Position numbers and translations under genes: made by a program
Shown here: positions 1 to 9,236 of the stretch, piece by piece
Position numbering within the stretch: the stretch's first letter is position 1
How the letters are laid out: each line of letters opens with the position of its first letter
IMG/VR virus record: IMGVR_UViG_3300025009_000102
Location: 1 to 63,571 of that record
DNA from: a virus
Taxonomy: Duplodnaviria > Caudoviricetes
DNA length: 63,571 bases
Reading direction: 5' to 3' (one strand)
The notes under the pieces: model-generated
Databases searched by the model: none
Told to the model about the DNA's origin: nothing
What the model saw: only the letters and a program-made list of their open reading frames with translations

Positions 1-215
1 GGCCGATTATGAGCTGAACTTCATGGTCAAGAGGTTTGGCAGCAATGCAACCGTCAAGCAGCTGCAGGGGTGCTGGGAAGGTAAGCAGGAGGTGTCCTAC
101 GCAATCATCCCCTTCCCCGGCCAGGAAAGAGTAGTTGGCGACATAGCCCGTGAGATCGCCGATGAGCATAAGCAGGATAGTATCCTGTGCCTCTCTCCGT
201 CGAACCGTAATAACG
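1..215. repeat. Terminal direct repeat, left copy (circular overlap)
   Basis: 1-215 matches 63357-63571 except A128 vs G63484; the repeat cuts through a CDS. Confidence 0.97.
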
Positions 216-355
216 GACATCGGGTTGCCTGGCTGTTCTGGATGAAACAGCGACGGAGCCAGGTTGTCGGAGTGTGGCAGGCTGTACCTGCAGCTGAAGC
301 CGTCCAGGCCCAGGGATGGACCCGCGATGGCGGAACTTTCTATGTGGTGAAATAG
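1..355 (+). CDS. SAM lyase-like protein, 3' part
   Basis: Continuation of the ORF starting at 63262 through the terminal overlap. Confidence 0.7.
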   Translation, partial: ADYELNFMVKRFGSNATVKQLQGCWEGKQEVSYAIIPFPGQERVVGDIAREIADEHKQDSILCLSPSNRNNGHRVAWLFWMKQRRSQVVGVWQAVPAAEAVQAQGWTRDGGTFYVVK

Positions 356-365
356 CCACTTCAAT

Positions 366-397
366 AAAAAAGGGGTGTCAGTAATCTGGCACCCCTT
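366..397. terminator. Intrinsic terminator between convergent early (+) and replication (-) operons
   Basis: AAGGGGTGTCAG-TAAT-CTGGCACCCCTT hairpin; the A-tract on its left gives a U-tract on the - strand. Confidence 0.8.
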
Positions 398-403
398 CCA
401 TTC

Positions 404-640
404 TCAACGTACCGATACCGGTATCGCCCCTATCTGTTTCCTGATCCTTCCCACAGGGCTGTCACACCAGGCATGACGACCACCCGGACATATTGACACC
501 ACTTTAGTTATTTCTGGTGACATCTGTTGTGCCCTCACCAATTTGAAATTCCTCCTGCGAGCATGGTAGCTGAACCACCGGTCCAGGCTCTTCTGATTTT
601 TCGCTCGATTCTCGCGATATTCTCTCTTGTTCTTGCTCAT
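404..640 (-). CDS. hypothetical protein
   Basis: Last ORF of the - operon before the terminator. Confidence 0.45.
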   Translation of the reverse strand: MSKNKREYRENRAKNQKSLDRWFSYHARRRNFKLVRAQQMSPEITKVVSICPGGRHAWCDSPVGRIRKQIGAIPVSVR

Positions 641-842
641 ACAAATCCCTCATTTTCTTATTCCAAGCCTTTTTGGCAAGGTCTGTTGTTTCTCCCGGAA
701 CCTCTGGTCGGTGATCGCACCATTGATCTGAACACACCACGACCACCTGGAGCGGATACTTTTCGTGAACGTAAAAGATATCGGGTTTATGATGACAATG
801 GAAGCACGGCCTCAACCCACGCAGTTCGCTCATGTCAGTCAC
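504..842 (-). CDS. Lar-like restriction-alleviation / Zn-finger protein
   Basis: LRPCFHC...VVC...C...AKKAWN pattern typical of the Lar family. Confidence 0.5.
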   Translation of the reverse strand: MTDMSELRGLRPCFHCHHKPDIFYVHEKYPLQVVVVCSDQWCDHRPEVPGETTDLAKKAWNKKMRDLYEQEQERISRESSEKSEEPGPVVQLPCSQEEFQIGEGTTDVTRNN

Positions 843-1059
843 CGAAATCTAATGTTTGAACACCGCCTGCGTCGCCGAACTCGGCATGCGCTACCCACCC
901 CTCAAGGCACAGTGCGCACTTCGCCCAGTAGGCCGCAACAATCCTGCTGCTTTGCCGCTGAGGCGGAGGTCCATATGTTTCTTCCCACCAGTCCTGAAAT
1001 TCAGGAGTCAGAAGGTCGAAATGCTCTTTGGTAAATTTCCTGTTCGACGCCCAGTTCAT
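835..1059 (-). CDS. hypothetical protein
   Basis: Tightly packed ORF in the - operon. Confidence 0.6.
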   Translation of the reverse strand: MNWASNRKFTKEHFDLLTPEFQDWWEETYGPPPQRQSSRIVAAYWAKCALCLEGWVAHAEFGDAGGVQTLDFGD

Positions 1060-1063
1060 ATTC

Positions 1064-1339
1064 TCACCGCCACGGTTGTCTTCTCTTTATTAATGCCTCA
1101 TGGTCCCAGGCAGCTTGTAGCCACCTGTCCAGGACAGTTTTAGGGATGATGGTCTTAGCGCGATGTTTGATCAGGCTCTCCGGGGTAGCCTTCCTGACCG
1201 TCACACCGAGCAGTCCATGCAATCGCTTCATCTCAGATCTCCCGGCAGCTGAGTCCTCAAAGACGGTTATAATACTGCCGTCGACCTCAACCTCATACCA
1301 CTCTTTTTCACTAATGCTTTTGTGGTTCATCCTCTTCAC
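1064..1339 (-). CDS. hypothetical protein
   Basis: Operon packing. Confidence 0.55.
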   Translation of the reverse strand: MKRMNHKSISEKEWYEVEVDGSIITVFEDSAAGRSEMKRLHGLLGVTVRKATPESLIKHRAKTIIPKTVLDRWLQAAWDHEALIKRRQPWR

Positions 1340-1544
1340 CGGTCACGAAGCACGATATTCCACCGTCCACATCATTGCCGCCAGCACTTATGACAAACCT
1401 GATGGTCCGGATATTATCGATGCTTTTTTCGTAGTATGATTGACGCTCCTCGTTCCTGGCCGACGCAACCTGGATCGCCTGATAAAGCCCGAACGCCAGG
1501 TATGCGCCGATAACCACTGCAATTGAGGTTAGTAGCCTCGTCAT
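1311..1544 (-). CDS. small membrane protein
   Basis: N-terminal hydrophobic helix; ATGA overlap with the upstream ORF. Confidence 0.6.
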   Translation of the reverse strand: MTRLLTSIAVVIGAYLAFGLYQAIQVASARNEERQSYYEKSIDNIRTIRFVISAGGNDVDGGISCFVTGEEDEPQKH

Positions 1545-1810
1545 GCATTACCGCCTTCAGGCAGGATGATATGGGTGTTACGCATCGGCTTCATGCCGTA
1601 TTTATTACACAGCCACGCCTGCGCCATCGTCTCATAGATATCCTGCATGTTGATGGCACCGCTATCGACATCAGCCTGACTGATAGAAGCACCGATCCGC
1701 AACCCTTCGACAGACACCAGGATCATATCCTCGCCGTCGATCTCGACATGCTGTTCAATTATCTCAATCTTATCGACTTTCTCGCCAGATCCTTTGATAA
1801 TCTCGGTCAT
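1541..1810 (-). CDS. hypothetical protein
   Basis: ATGA overlaps at both ends. Confidence 0.65.
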   Translation of the reverse strand: MTEIIKGSGEKVDKIEIIEQHVEIDGEDMILVSVEGLRIGASISQADVDSGAINMQDIYETMAQAWLCNKYGMKPMRNTHIILPEGGNA

Positions 1811-2199
1811 TCCCCGTCCTCCAATACCAAAAAAGGTCCAGTAAGAATAGAGGACAGTTCGAACATTGCCTCTGCATCAGCCCTATCCCTGAGAACTTCA
1901 TGGAGCATCCCCATACAATTGAAGATCTCGGCACAGAGCGATTCCTCGATGTCGCCTGGCTCGACGCCGCGATAAATCAACCAGGTCGTGAGGTGGTGAC
2001 GGGCCTTTGACTTCATGTATTCCCGCTTATCAATACCCTTCTGCCAGTTGTCAGACTCCCTGACCTTACCTTCAGCCTGGAAGCGATGCTTGTGCATGTA
2101 TTCACAGTATCGCTTGATCACCGCCGGAGACAAAAACCCTTCCGGATCGATCTTGTCGTGATCATCATCTCTGGTCGCCCCGCTCTTGAAAACCCTCAT
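1807..2199 (-). CDS. dATP/dGTP diphosphohydrolase-like protein (DUF5664-like)
   Basis: F.SGATRD...NWQKGI...S..RH motif; SD GGAGG upstream. Confidence 0.65.
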   Translation of the reverse strand: MRVFKSGATRDDDHDKIDPEGFLSPAVIKRYCEYMHKHRFQAEGKVRESDNWQKGIDKREYMKSKARHHLTTWLIYRGVEPGDIEESLCAEIFNCMGMLHEVLRDRADAEAMFELSSILTGPFLVLEDGE

Positions 2200-2253
2200 A
2201 CGTCCTCCCGAATTAAGTTAAAGGTAAACTTCCATGATCTATATATAGCATAT

Positions 2254-3195
2254 TTATAAATCTTTTGCAACTTTTTTATCGTTCAAAACATCGAGCCAGT
2301 CGTGGCCTGGCGTGTTTGGTATCATAACCAACACGTTCATCTTCCTGGGGCCGGTAACCATTTTGTGGGCAAGGGAGTATGCGGCTTTTTGCCCAGCGTA
2401 ATTGGTGTCGTTGTCACCATAAACCACCAGCAGCTTGACCCATGGCGGAGGCTCGAACGCCGACAGTAGCGCTGAACTAACGGTGGACCATACAGGGTTC
2501 CCGTGGATTATGTGCGCAGCAATAGCCGTCTCTATTCCCTCGGCAACCCCAAGGATTTCACCTGACGGCTCGAATAAGCGTATCGCACCGCCTGCCATTT
2601 TCCCTAGTGTCGGCATGATCCTTTTGGGGTCGGGTATAGTAGACAACTTACTACCATGTTCATCGAGATATGTCCTATGGATGGTCTTAGCCACATTGTC
2701 CGCCCCGGTGAATATTCCGAGCATTGCGTTATGGTATTGCTTGTCCTCTGGTAAATAGCATTTGGTGGTTGAACGAAGCGATGGCGGGAACACCGTAATA
2801 CCACGATTCTGCAGATACCAGCTCGCGATATCTCCGTGGTGCATCGGCTTTGAGTTGGTGAACATCAACCTCAGTGCCTGCGGAGAAACCACACTCTCCT
2901 GCGGTATCTTTTTCTCAACCGCACATATGCCTAATAGGTTCCTGACCTCGATAATCGCTTCCGGGAATGTCCAGTTGAACTTCATCATCAGGAGCCGCCA
3001 GCCATCGCCAGCGCCACAGTATGTGCAATACCACGTACCGTTACCATCTATGTTATCATACCTGAACGGCTTCTTCCTTCCCGGAGATCCACATATCGGG
3101 CAATCCTTATGACGACCATCGCCAACATCAACGCCGAGGAAATCAAAAATGGAATTCCACCTACCTTTGACCTCAGATTTAATATTGTCGTCCAT
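2254..3195 (-). CDS. DNA primase (P4-alpha-type Zn ribbon + TOPRIM)
   Basis: H..CPICG...FRYD...WYC.YCGAGDG; AEGIETA and GDND TOPRIM motifs. Confidence 0.9.
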   Translation of the reverse strand: MDDNIKSEVKGRWNSIFDFLGVDVGDGRHKDCPICGSPGRKKPFRYDNIDGNGTWYCTYCGAGDGWRLLMMKFNWTFPEAIIEVRNLLGICAVEKKIPQESVVSPQALRLMFTNSKPMHHGDIASWYLQNRGITVFPPSLRSTTKCYLPEDKQYHNAMLGIFTGADNVAKTIHRTYLDEHGSKLSTIPDPKRIMPTLGKMAGGAIRLFEPSGEILGVAEGIETAIAAHIIHGNPVWSTVSSALLSAFEPPPWVKLLVVYGDNDTNYAGQKAAYSLAHKMVTGPRKMNVLVMIPNTPGHDWLDVLNDKKVAKDL

Positions 3196-4699
3196 ACCTT
3201 GCAGCCCCCTTGGCCCTCTTTATATTCTGGTGTGTCATCCACCCCTTAAACGATTCGTCTGGCTCAATCGGAGAGACATCCTTCATCCCCCGTGGCCATA
3301 CCTTGAATTTCTCCTGGTACTGATGCGCTGTCCACCCTTCGGCATATCCCTTCTTTATCCTAATCGACTCGCACATACCGTAAAAGATTCGCTTATCCAC
3401 TTCAGTATACTTCTCTTTCTTACCAATTTCAACCAAATCCCCATCGACAGTCTTGACATCTTTCCCATACCTGACCATTGGAGATCCGCACACGGGGCAC
3501 CTCTCCATACCGGTCATCACCGCCCCGCATGCCGAACAAATCACCATACGCTCTTCTTTTTCGCGGGGAATGACATCCCTCCACGCCTGCCTTTTGCCGT
3601 CGAGGCTCCACTCCCTATCGAGTTCAAGAAACCCATGTTCATTGATACACCCTGCGTGATCAAGAATAATACAATCGTGTTTATCTGGTGGGTTTGTACG
3701 AGATCCGCGACCGCCCATCTGAATAAACCTACCCAGACTTTTCGACGGCCTGGCAAGGACGATACAGGACGCCACCGGGAGGTCGGTTCCTTCGCAAAGT
3801 ATACCATGGTTCACGAGAACCTGGAGGTCGCCGTACTGGTACGAGTGAAGGGCCGAATCACGTTCCTCCTTTGGAGTCTTATGGTCAAGATGCTTGACAT
3901 TAACTCCGAAGCTGGCAAATTCATTTGCAATAGCGATACTATGCGCTATGTTGGTGGCGAAGATTATCGTTTTGCGATTAGGACATATTTCCGACCAGTT
4001 CTTATATATATTTCCCACTAGATGCCTTCTATTCATAACATCCCCAAGGAATCCAAGTTCATAGTCATGCCGCTTAGGGTCGATAGGGGCGTCGGTAAGG
4101 TCCGGTGTATATGGTGCGAAATACCTGAACGGTACGAGATATTTCTTCTCAATCAGGTCACCTATGCTGACCGTCTTGACAATCTCGTCGTAATACTCAC
4201 CGAGGCCACGACCATCTGACCGACATGGAGTCGCGGTTAGGCCGATAGTGACGGCCTTGTCACCATAGGCATGCAGAATCTTCAGGTACGAAGGACTGAT
4301 ACTGGTATGACATTCGTCCACAAAGATCAGATCTGCGTCGTGCCACCATTGATTGAAACGTAGCTCATCGATATCCATCCTCCGGATATACGTTTGCATA
4401 CTGGCAATCTGGATATCTGCGGCGAGGTCATTCGGTTCATCAGCCATGATAATACCGCACTGCAGACCGAAATCCTGCAGCGTGTCCCGGATCTGGAAGA
4501 TCAACTCTCTGCGATGCGCAAGGTAAAGAACACGTTTCCCTTTACTGTTTGCAAGCTCTGTTATCATCGCCGCCATAACGGTCTTACCTGAGCCTGTTGG
4601 GGCCATTATTATGATGCGTTTTTTTCCAAGCCCAATATTATACCTTGCTTGGTTGATTGCGTCAAGTTGATATTGCCTTTCGTCGTATTTTTTTATCAT
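3179..4699 (-). CDS. Superfamily 2 DEAD/DEAH helicase with C-terminal Zn finger
   Basis: APTGSGKT, DECH, GLTATP, QMGGRGSR, CxxC...CxxC. Confidence 0.95.
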   Translation of the reverse strand: MIKKYDERQYQLDAINQARYNIGLGKKRIIIMAPTGSGKTVMAAMITELANSKGKRVLYLAHRRELIFQIRDTLQDFGLQCGIIMADEPNDLAADIQIASMQTYIRRMDIDELRFNQWWHDADLIFVDECHTSISPSYLKILHAYGDKAVTIGLTATPCRSDGRGLGEYYDEIVKTVSIGDLIEKKYLVPFRYFAPYTPDLTDAPIDPKRHDYELGFLGDVMNRRHLVGNIYKNWSEICPNRKTIIFATNIAHSIAIANEFASFGVNVKHLDHKTPKEERDSALHSYQYGDLQVLVNHGILCEGTDLPVASCIVLARPSKSLGRFIQMGGRGSRTNPPDKHDCIILDHAGCINEHGFLELDREWSLDGKRQAWRDVIPREKEERMVICSACGAVMTGMERCPVCGSPMVRYGKDVKTVDGDLVEIGKKEKYTEVDKRIFYGMCESIRIKKGYAEGWTAHQYQEKFKVWPRGMKDVSPIEPDESFKGWMTHQNIKRAKGAARYGRQY

Positions 4700-5002
4700 A
4701 TAGCGTTTCCTAACAATTTTTCTTCACTTCCTATGAGAATACAAATGGTTAGTTGAAATCTTCGTTTTTTTGATCAACGATATCAGATACGTACCAGTAC
4801 GTACTAATGTTGCACGACTTGACAAAATCGTGTATTTTTACTGCCAGACCTTTAGCTCCTCTGCCAGGGCCAGACAAGCCGTGAGGCTTACCGATCAACA
4901 GCCTGTGCGGCAAGTGACAACGATGACATTGAGTCTGTCTAAACCGCCTCGGCCTCGGCCAGGAAGAATGTGTGATTGACCTCCATGAGCTGACCATTCG
5001 AT

Positions 5003-5533
5003 TCACTCCTGGCCGACCTGGTAGGAACGATGATCAACAGATGAAGGATCGATTGATCGACCATCGCCAGACTGCAAGAACAATCGCTCTGCATCGCGCC
5101 TTGCCTTATGAGCATCCCTCTTCCGACCGAACGTACCGCAGTAGATAACCTTCTGCTGAACAGTGATCGAAGCCCGGTACTTCCCGGACGCCAGCTTGGC
5201 AACCCCCTTAATCCCTGACCGACTGTTCGAGAACAAGCCACGATTGAGAGAATTGTCGTGATGTGGGAGATCCCGGAGGTTCCGAAATGCATTGTTCCAG
5301 CGGACCCGGTCACGGTGATCCAACTCATAGGTAGGCCAGTTGCTGGTGACGTATAACCATGCGAGATTGTGCGCATAATACTGCTTGCCATTGATTCTGA
5401 TCCGCACGTATCCCTCGCTGTTGCGATGACCGGCTATGTCGCCCTTCAGCAGGCCACCACGGGAAACCTTCCATGTGAAGACGCCGGTTGCTCGACTGTA
5501 CTTGAGAATTTTCTTGAGATCTTTTTGAGTCAT
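5003..5533 (-). CDS. HNH homing endonuclease with AP2-like domain
   Basis: YAHNLAW...DHRDRVRWNN..RNLR; C-terminal SGIKGV...YRASI...G.F. Confidence 0.9.
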   Translation of the reverse strand: MTQKDLKKILKYSRATGVFTWKVSRGGLLKGDIAGHRNSEGYVRIRINGKQYYAHNLAWLYVTSNWPTYELDHRDRVRWNNAFRNLRDLPHHDNSLNRGLFSNSRSGIKGVAKLASGKYRASITVQQKVIYCGTFGRKRDAHKARRDAERLFLQSGDGRSIDPSSVDHRSYQVGQE

Positions 5534-5554
5534 GGTCCACCTCCCTTTTCCTAC

Positions 5555-5622
5555 ATCATATCACGAAAAAAAAATGAGTCAACGTTTTTTTTGTTGACGA
5601 TTGCCTCACGATCATGTATCTT
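5555..5622. promoter_or_regulatory. Divergent sigma70-type promoters
   Basis: + strand TTGACG(5594)-17-TATCTT; - strand TTGACT(5582)-16-TATGAT; between divergent operons. Confidence 0.7.
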
Positions 5623-5662
5623 GAAAATGAACCTACATTTTATGTCTTCAGCGGAGGGGTAC

Positions 5663-6121
5663 ATGTCGAAAAATAGCATACAGATCAGCGGTGGGGTGAT
5701 GGACGGTAAGTTCCTTCCCCTCTCTACATATGACTGGAACACAGCGCTCAAGATCTATGAGGGCCAGGAAGTTACGGTAACCATTGGGGCACGCAAGAAG
5801 ATCAGGAGTATCCCCCAGAATAGATACTTGTTCGGCGGACCATACAAGGTCATTGCCGAGGCTACCGGCCAGGACGTTGAGTCTATCCATGCATTCTTTA
5901 AGGATAAGTTCCTCAAGGAATATGACAAGGGGCCTATCCCGACAATTCTGTCTACATCAAAACTTGACACCAAGAAATTTATCTGGTATTATAGGCAAAT
6001 AATCCAGTTCGCGGCAGAGTTTCTTGGGATCTTCATCGCCGAGCCGAACGAAAAGGAAATGTGGGGATCGCTGGTTGAACAAATTGAAAAGGAGAATCGT
6101 CGTGTTCGAACAACTAAGTAA
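5663..6121 (+). CDS. NinB-like recombination protein
   Basis: RS..QN.Y...IA..TG...IH..FK..FL...STSKL..K.F..Y..QI; SD GGAGG before ATG 5663. Confidence 0.65.
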   Translation: MSKNSIQISGGVMDGKFLPLSTYDWNTALKIYEGQEVTVTIGARKKIRSIPQNRYLFGGPYKVIAEATGQDVESIHAFFKDKFLKEYDKGPIPTILSTSKLDTKKFIWYYRQIIQFAAEFLGIFIAEPNEKEMWGSLVEQIEKENRRVRTTK

Positions 6122-6211
6122 AATAGGTATTTACAACTGGACTGACATTGCCCTGACCGTTGCTGTTTTCGTATCGGCAATGTTGATGGGTGCCCTGTCG
6201 GTGGTCCTGCG

Positions 6212-6538
6212 ATGAGCGTCGTCAGAAACAGTGCCAGGGGTAAGCAGTGTGAGGTCAGGATTCCTGGGGTCTGCAGCTTCGACCCATCCACGGTTGTCCT
6301 GGCGCACATGAATGGTGGTGGTGTAGGGTATAAGGTCATTGATATCCACGGAGCATACTGCTGTGCAAAGTGACACGATATTATAGACCGTCGTGCCCCC
6401 GTGCCGGGGCCGTACACATACGATGAGGTTATCATTATGTTTTATGAGGCGATCTTTCGCACTCAGCTGATAATGATAAGAGAGCAATTGATAACTTATA
6501 AGGGGATTGATCATGGCAGACAAAAAAGAAAATGGTAA
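6212..6538 (+). CDS. DUF1364/YbcO-like Zn-binding putative nuclease with in-frame TGA at codon 54 (recoded or pseudogene)
   Basis: ARGKQCEVRIPGVC...VVLAH...AYCCAK*HDIIDRR...EAIFRTQ aligns by eye to YbcO ARGRECQVRIPGVC...LAH...ACSACHDEIDRR...EGMARTQ; missed by the ORF track. Confidence 0.8.
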
Positions 6539-7388
6539 GTCGGTGCAGGAAATAATCTTGGAAGGCCTGGAAAAACTTAGAGCGCCGTTCTCCGAAGAAT
6601 GTGTCAACCTGAAGCCTAAGCCGACAAAGGCCCAGAGGGATTGCCCGCCGAAGGACAAGGTGTTCTGTGACAAATGCAAGCAATATCACCACCCTGCTGT
6701 TATTCATCTCTCGTATGTCGGTCACGCAGCACTGACCCAGCGCCTGCTCGAAGTCGACCCGATGTGGGATTGGGAACCGTTCGCAATCGGGTCCAACGGC
6801 CTGCCGCAGTACGATGAAAATGGCGGTTTATGGATACGCCTGAAAGTCCTCGGCATGGAGCGGATTGGTTATGGAGCGCCTGATTTCAACGAGTATAAGG
6901 TCCAGCCGGATATGGTCAAGGAGTCGATTGGCGACGCCCTTCGTAATGCTGCTATGAGGTTCGGCGCTGCCCTGGAGTTGTGGCACAAGGGAGAACTCCC
7001 CAGCACCACGGTCGGATCTGGCCAGCCACCAGCCGAAGAGCAGGAGGCACCGGCAACCATCACCAAAAAACAGATGGCTGAGTTGACCAAGGAATTCGTG
7101 GCCCGTGGCGTAAATGTCACGAAGTTTCTCAAGCTTGTTAATATCGCAAGTATCGAGGCGATTCCCCAGGCTCAGTTCGAGAGTGTTATCGCGAAGGCCA
7201 GGACCAAGCCACTGCTGAAAGATCATAAGAAGCCAGAGGAAAAACCGGCTGAACCTGAGAAGCCACCGGCAACGATCAACTGCCCGCAGGCCCCTGGTCT
7301 TGTCCTGAGCGGTGCAATGTGCGCAGAGGCCCCATGCTCGGCAACCTGTGAAGAGTATAAGAAATTCAAAGAGGCGCAGGGAATATGA
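6513..7388 (+). CDS. Rad52/Sak-like single-strand annealing protein
   Basis: L.APF...LSYVGH..LT.RL..VDP.W.W...K.SIGDALRNAAMRFG; adjacent to the exonuclease. Confidence 0.75.
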   Translation: MADKKENGKSVQEIILEGLEKLRAPFSEECVNLKPKPTKAQRDCPPKDKVFCDKCKQYHHPAVIHLSYVGHAALTQRLLEVDPMWDWEPFAIGSNGLPQYDENGGLWIRLKVLGMERIGYGAPDFNEYKVQPDMVKESIGDALRNAAMRFGAALELWHKGELPSTTVGSGQPPAEEQEAPATITKKQMAELTKEFVARGVNVTKFLKLVNIASIEAIPQAQFESVIAKARTKPLLKDHKKPEEKPAEPEKPPATINCPQAPGLVLSGAMCAEAPCSATCEEYKKFKEAQGI

Positions 7389-7987
7389 TTATCCTTGAAT
7401 GTGAACAGCGGACCCCTGAATGGTATGCGGCCAGGGTTGGAAAACCAACGGCCAGCGGTTTCTCGAAAATCGTCACATCAACCGGCGAGCGGAGTAAGTC
7501 GAGGGAAGGGTACTTATACGAACTCGCCGGTGAGCGGTTGAGCGGTGTCATGGTTGAGAGTTATGTGTCAAGCTGTATGAGCTGGGGTATCAGGACCGAG
7601 GATAAGGCCGCTGAGATGTTGGAGTTTATGGAGGATATTGAAACATCCAAGGTCGGTATGTGCCTTACTGACGATATGTCTGCAGGTTGCTCCCCGGATC
7701 GCCTGGTGGTCGGTGTTGAAAAGGGTGTCGAAATAAAGTGCCCGAAGCTGAAAACGCACCATGAATACCTGGCCCTCAACCGACTCCCCCCTGAGTACGT
7801 TCAGCAGGTGCAGGGGTCGATGTGGGTAACCGGTTACCGGCAATGGTATTTCGTCTCGTATTTTCCTGGAACAAAGCCGTTGATCCTCACCATAGATCGT
7901 GACGAGAATTTTATCTCGAAACTGCACCGTGAGATGCTTATATTCTGTAGTGACCTTGAGCGTTTAATAAGGGAACTATCAGAGTGA
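7385..7987 (+). CDS. YqaJ/lambda-exonuclease family protein
   Basis: EQRTPEW...R.G..TAS; SPDRL; EIKCP; YVQQVQGSMWV. Confidence 0.92.
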   Translation: MIILECEQRTPEWYAARVGKPTASGFSKIVTSTGERSKSREGYLYELAGERLSGVMVESYVSSCMSWGIRTEDKAAEMLEFMEDIETSKVGMCLTDDMSAGCSPDRLVVGVEKGVEIKCPKLKTHHEYLALNRLPPEYVQQVQGSMWVTGYRQWYFVSYFPGTKPLILTIDRDENFISKLHREMLIFCSDLERLIRELSE

Positions 7988-7996
7988 GGTAATAAT

Positions 7997-8887
7997 ATGA
8001 ATAGAGCAACCTGGCAGTATGCTTTAGCCCTTGAGGGGGAATTTAAGCGGCGAGGAAAAGTTTTCTCCCGCAATATGATACAGGAATCAATGAAGTGCAG
8101 TGTTGCCCAGGCGAGACTTATTGACTGGGGTCTTAAGCACCGGGATATTATCAGGCTCAAAAAGGTTGACGACAACATTGAGGCTGGCAAGAAGGTGTTA
8201 ATACTGAACGATATCCATATACCATTTCAGGACCAGATTGCGCTCGATGCAGCGCTACAGTTCGGTGACTCATACAGACCTGATGTGGTGATTATTCTTG
8301 GTGATGCCATGGACTTTTACCAATGCTCACGTTTCACCAGGAAGGTTGGTAAGCCCAACATAAAGGAGGAGCTTAGGCGCGGTCGGGCGTTCCTGAGCGA
8401 TCTTCGCCAGAGGTTCCCCGATGCGAAGATCATCTACCTTGAGGGTAACCACGAGAGCCACCTTGAGCGGTATATCCTGGAGCATGCTGTCGAGATCGCC
8501 GACCTGGTTGACGACCTCCTGATTAACAAGCTTGGTTTACACGAGCTTAACATTGAATATCGGAAAAACTTCTTCCGTATCGGCAAGTTATGGTATCTCC
8601 ATGGTCACGAGAAACCTGGCGGTGGAAACGCCGAGTACGTTACCAACGTTATGTTCAAATACACAATTGACCATACCATCTTCGGGCATCACCATCGCAC
8701 CCAGGAAAAAATATTCAAGCGTGTTGACGAGTCAACTTTATGGGTCGGGGCAAACGGTTGTCTGTGCGGGAAGCTTGAGTATGCCCCGCTAAACAACTGG
8801 AATCATGGGTTTGCTACCATCGACTACGGTAATAACGGGACGTTCCGGGCACACCTCCATAAGATCCAGGACGGAACGATCTACTAA
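7997..8887 (+). CDS. Calcineurin-like metallophosphoesterase
   Basis: DIH, GD..D, GNHE, HGH, GHHH motifs. Confidence 0.9.
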   Translation: MNRATWQYALALEGEFKRRGKVFSRNMIQESMKCSVAQARLIDWGLKHRDIIRLKKVDDNIEAGKKVLILNDIHIPFQDQIALDAALQFGDSYRPDVVIILGDAMDFYQCSRFTRKVGKPNIKEELRRGRAFLSDLRQRFPDAKIIYLEGNHESHLERYILEHAVEIADLVDDLLINKLGLHELNIEYRKNFFRIGKLWYLHGHEKPGGGNAEYVTNVMFKYTIDHTIFGHHHRTQEKIFKRVDESTLWVGANGCLCGKLEYAPLNNWNHGFATIDYGNNGTFRAHLHKIQDGTIY

Positions 8888-8893
8888 TTTTCT

Positions 8894-8943
8894 TCATACA
8901 CGATACATTTTTCTCTTGACCACAGATCTGTATCGTGTATGAT
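8894..8943 (+). promoter_or_regulatory. Promoter embedded in a 14-bp inverted repeat
   Basis: TTGACC(8916)-16-TATGAT; TCATACACGATACA...TGTATCGTGTATGA. Confidence 0.65.
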
Positions 8944-8999
8944 GAAATTGTACCTGGTGTTCCACAGTGAATAGCAAATGAATAGAACGGAGGTGGATC

Positions 9000-9236
9000 A
9001 TGACGCGACACGAATTCTTGGTAGAGAAAATCGAAGCAGTTTCCCACGCAAAAACCAACGGCCTCGCCCCTGTTGAGAAAACCTTCTCTCATAGGGGTAT
9101 GTGCGCCACGTTCCGCTACAATCAGCTTGGCGCTCTGGATGTCGAGGTGTTTGTCGGTGAGTGCAGGCTTTTCCGCGCACCTGCCAACTTGGTCCTGACC
9201 GCTATGCAAAATGGTTACACAATCAAGGAGGGTTAA
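9000..9236 (+). CDS. hypothetical protein
   Basis: Strong SD GGAGGT. Confidence 0.75.
   Translation: MTRHEFLVEKIEAVSHAKTNGLAPVEKTFSHRGMCATFRYNQLGALDVEVFVGECRLFRAPANLVLTAMQNGYTIKEG

Noticed and set aside
1-215. Terminal repeat as a biological DTR or attachment site
   Set aside because: It cuts through a coding sequence and TerL is PBSX-like; an assembly overlap of a circularly permuted genome is simpler.
1807-2199. Z-genome or other modified-base pathway
   Set aside because: No purZ, no DNA polymerase and no other modification enzymes recognisable.
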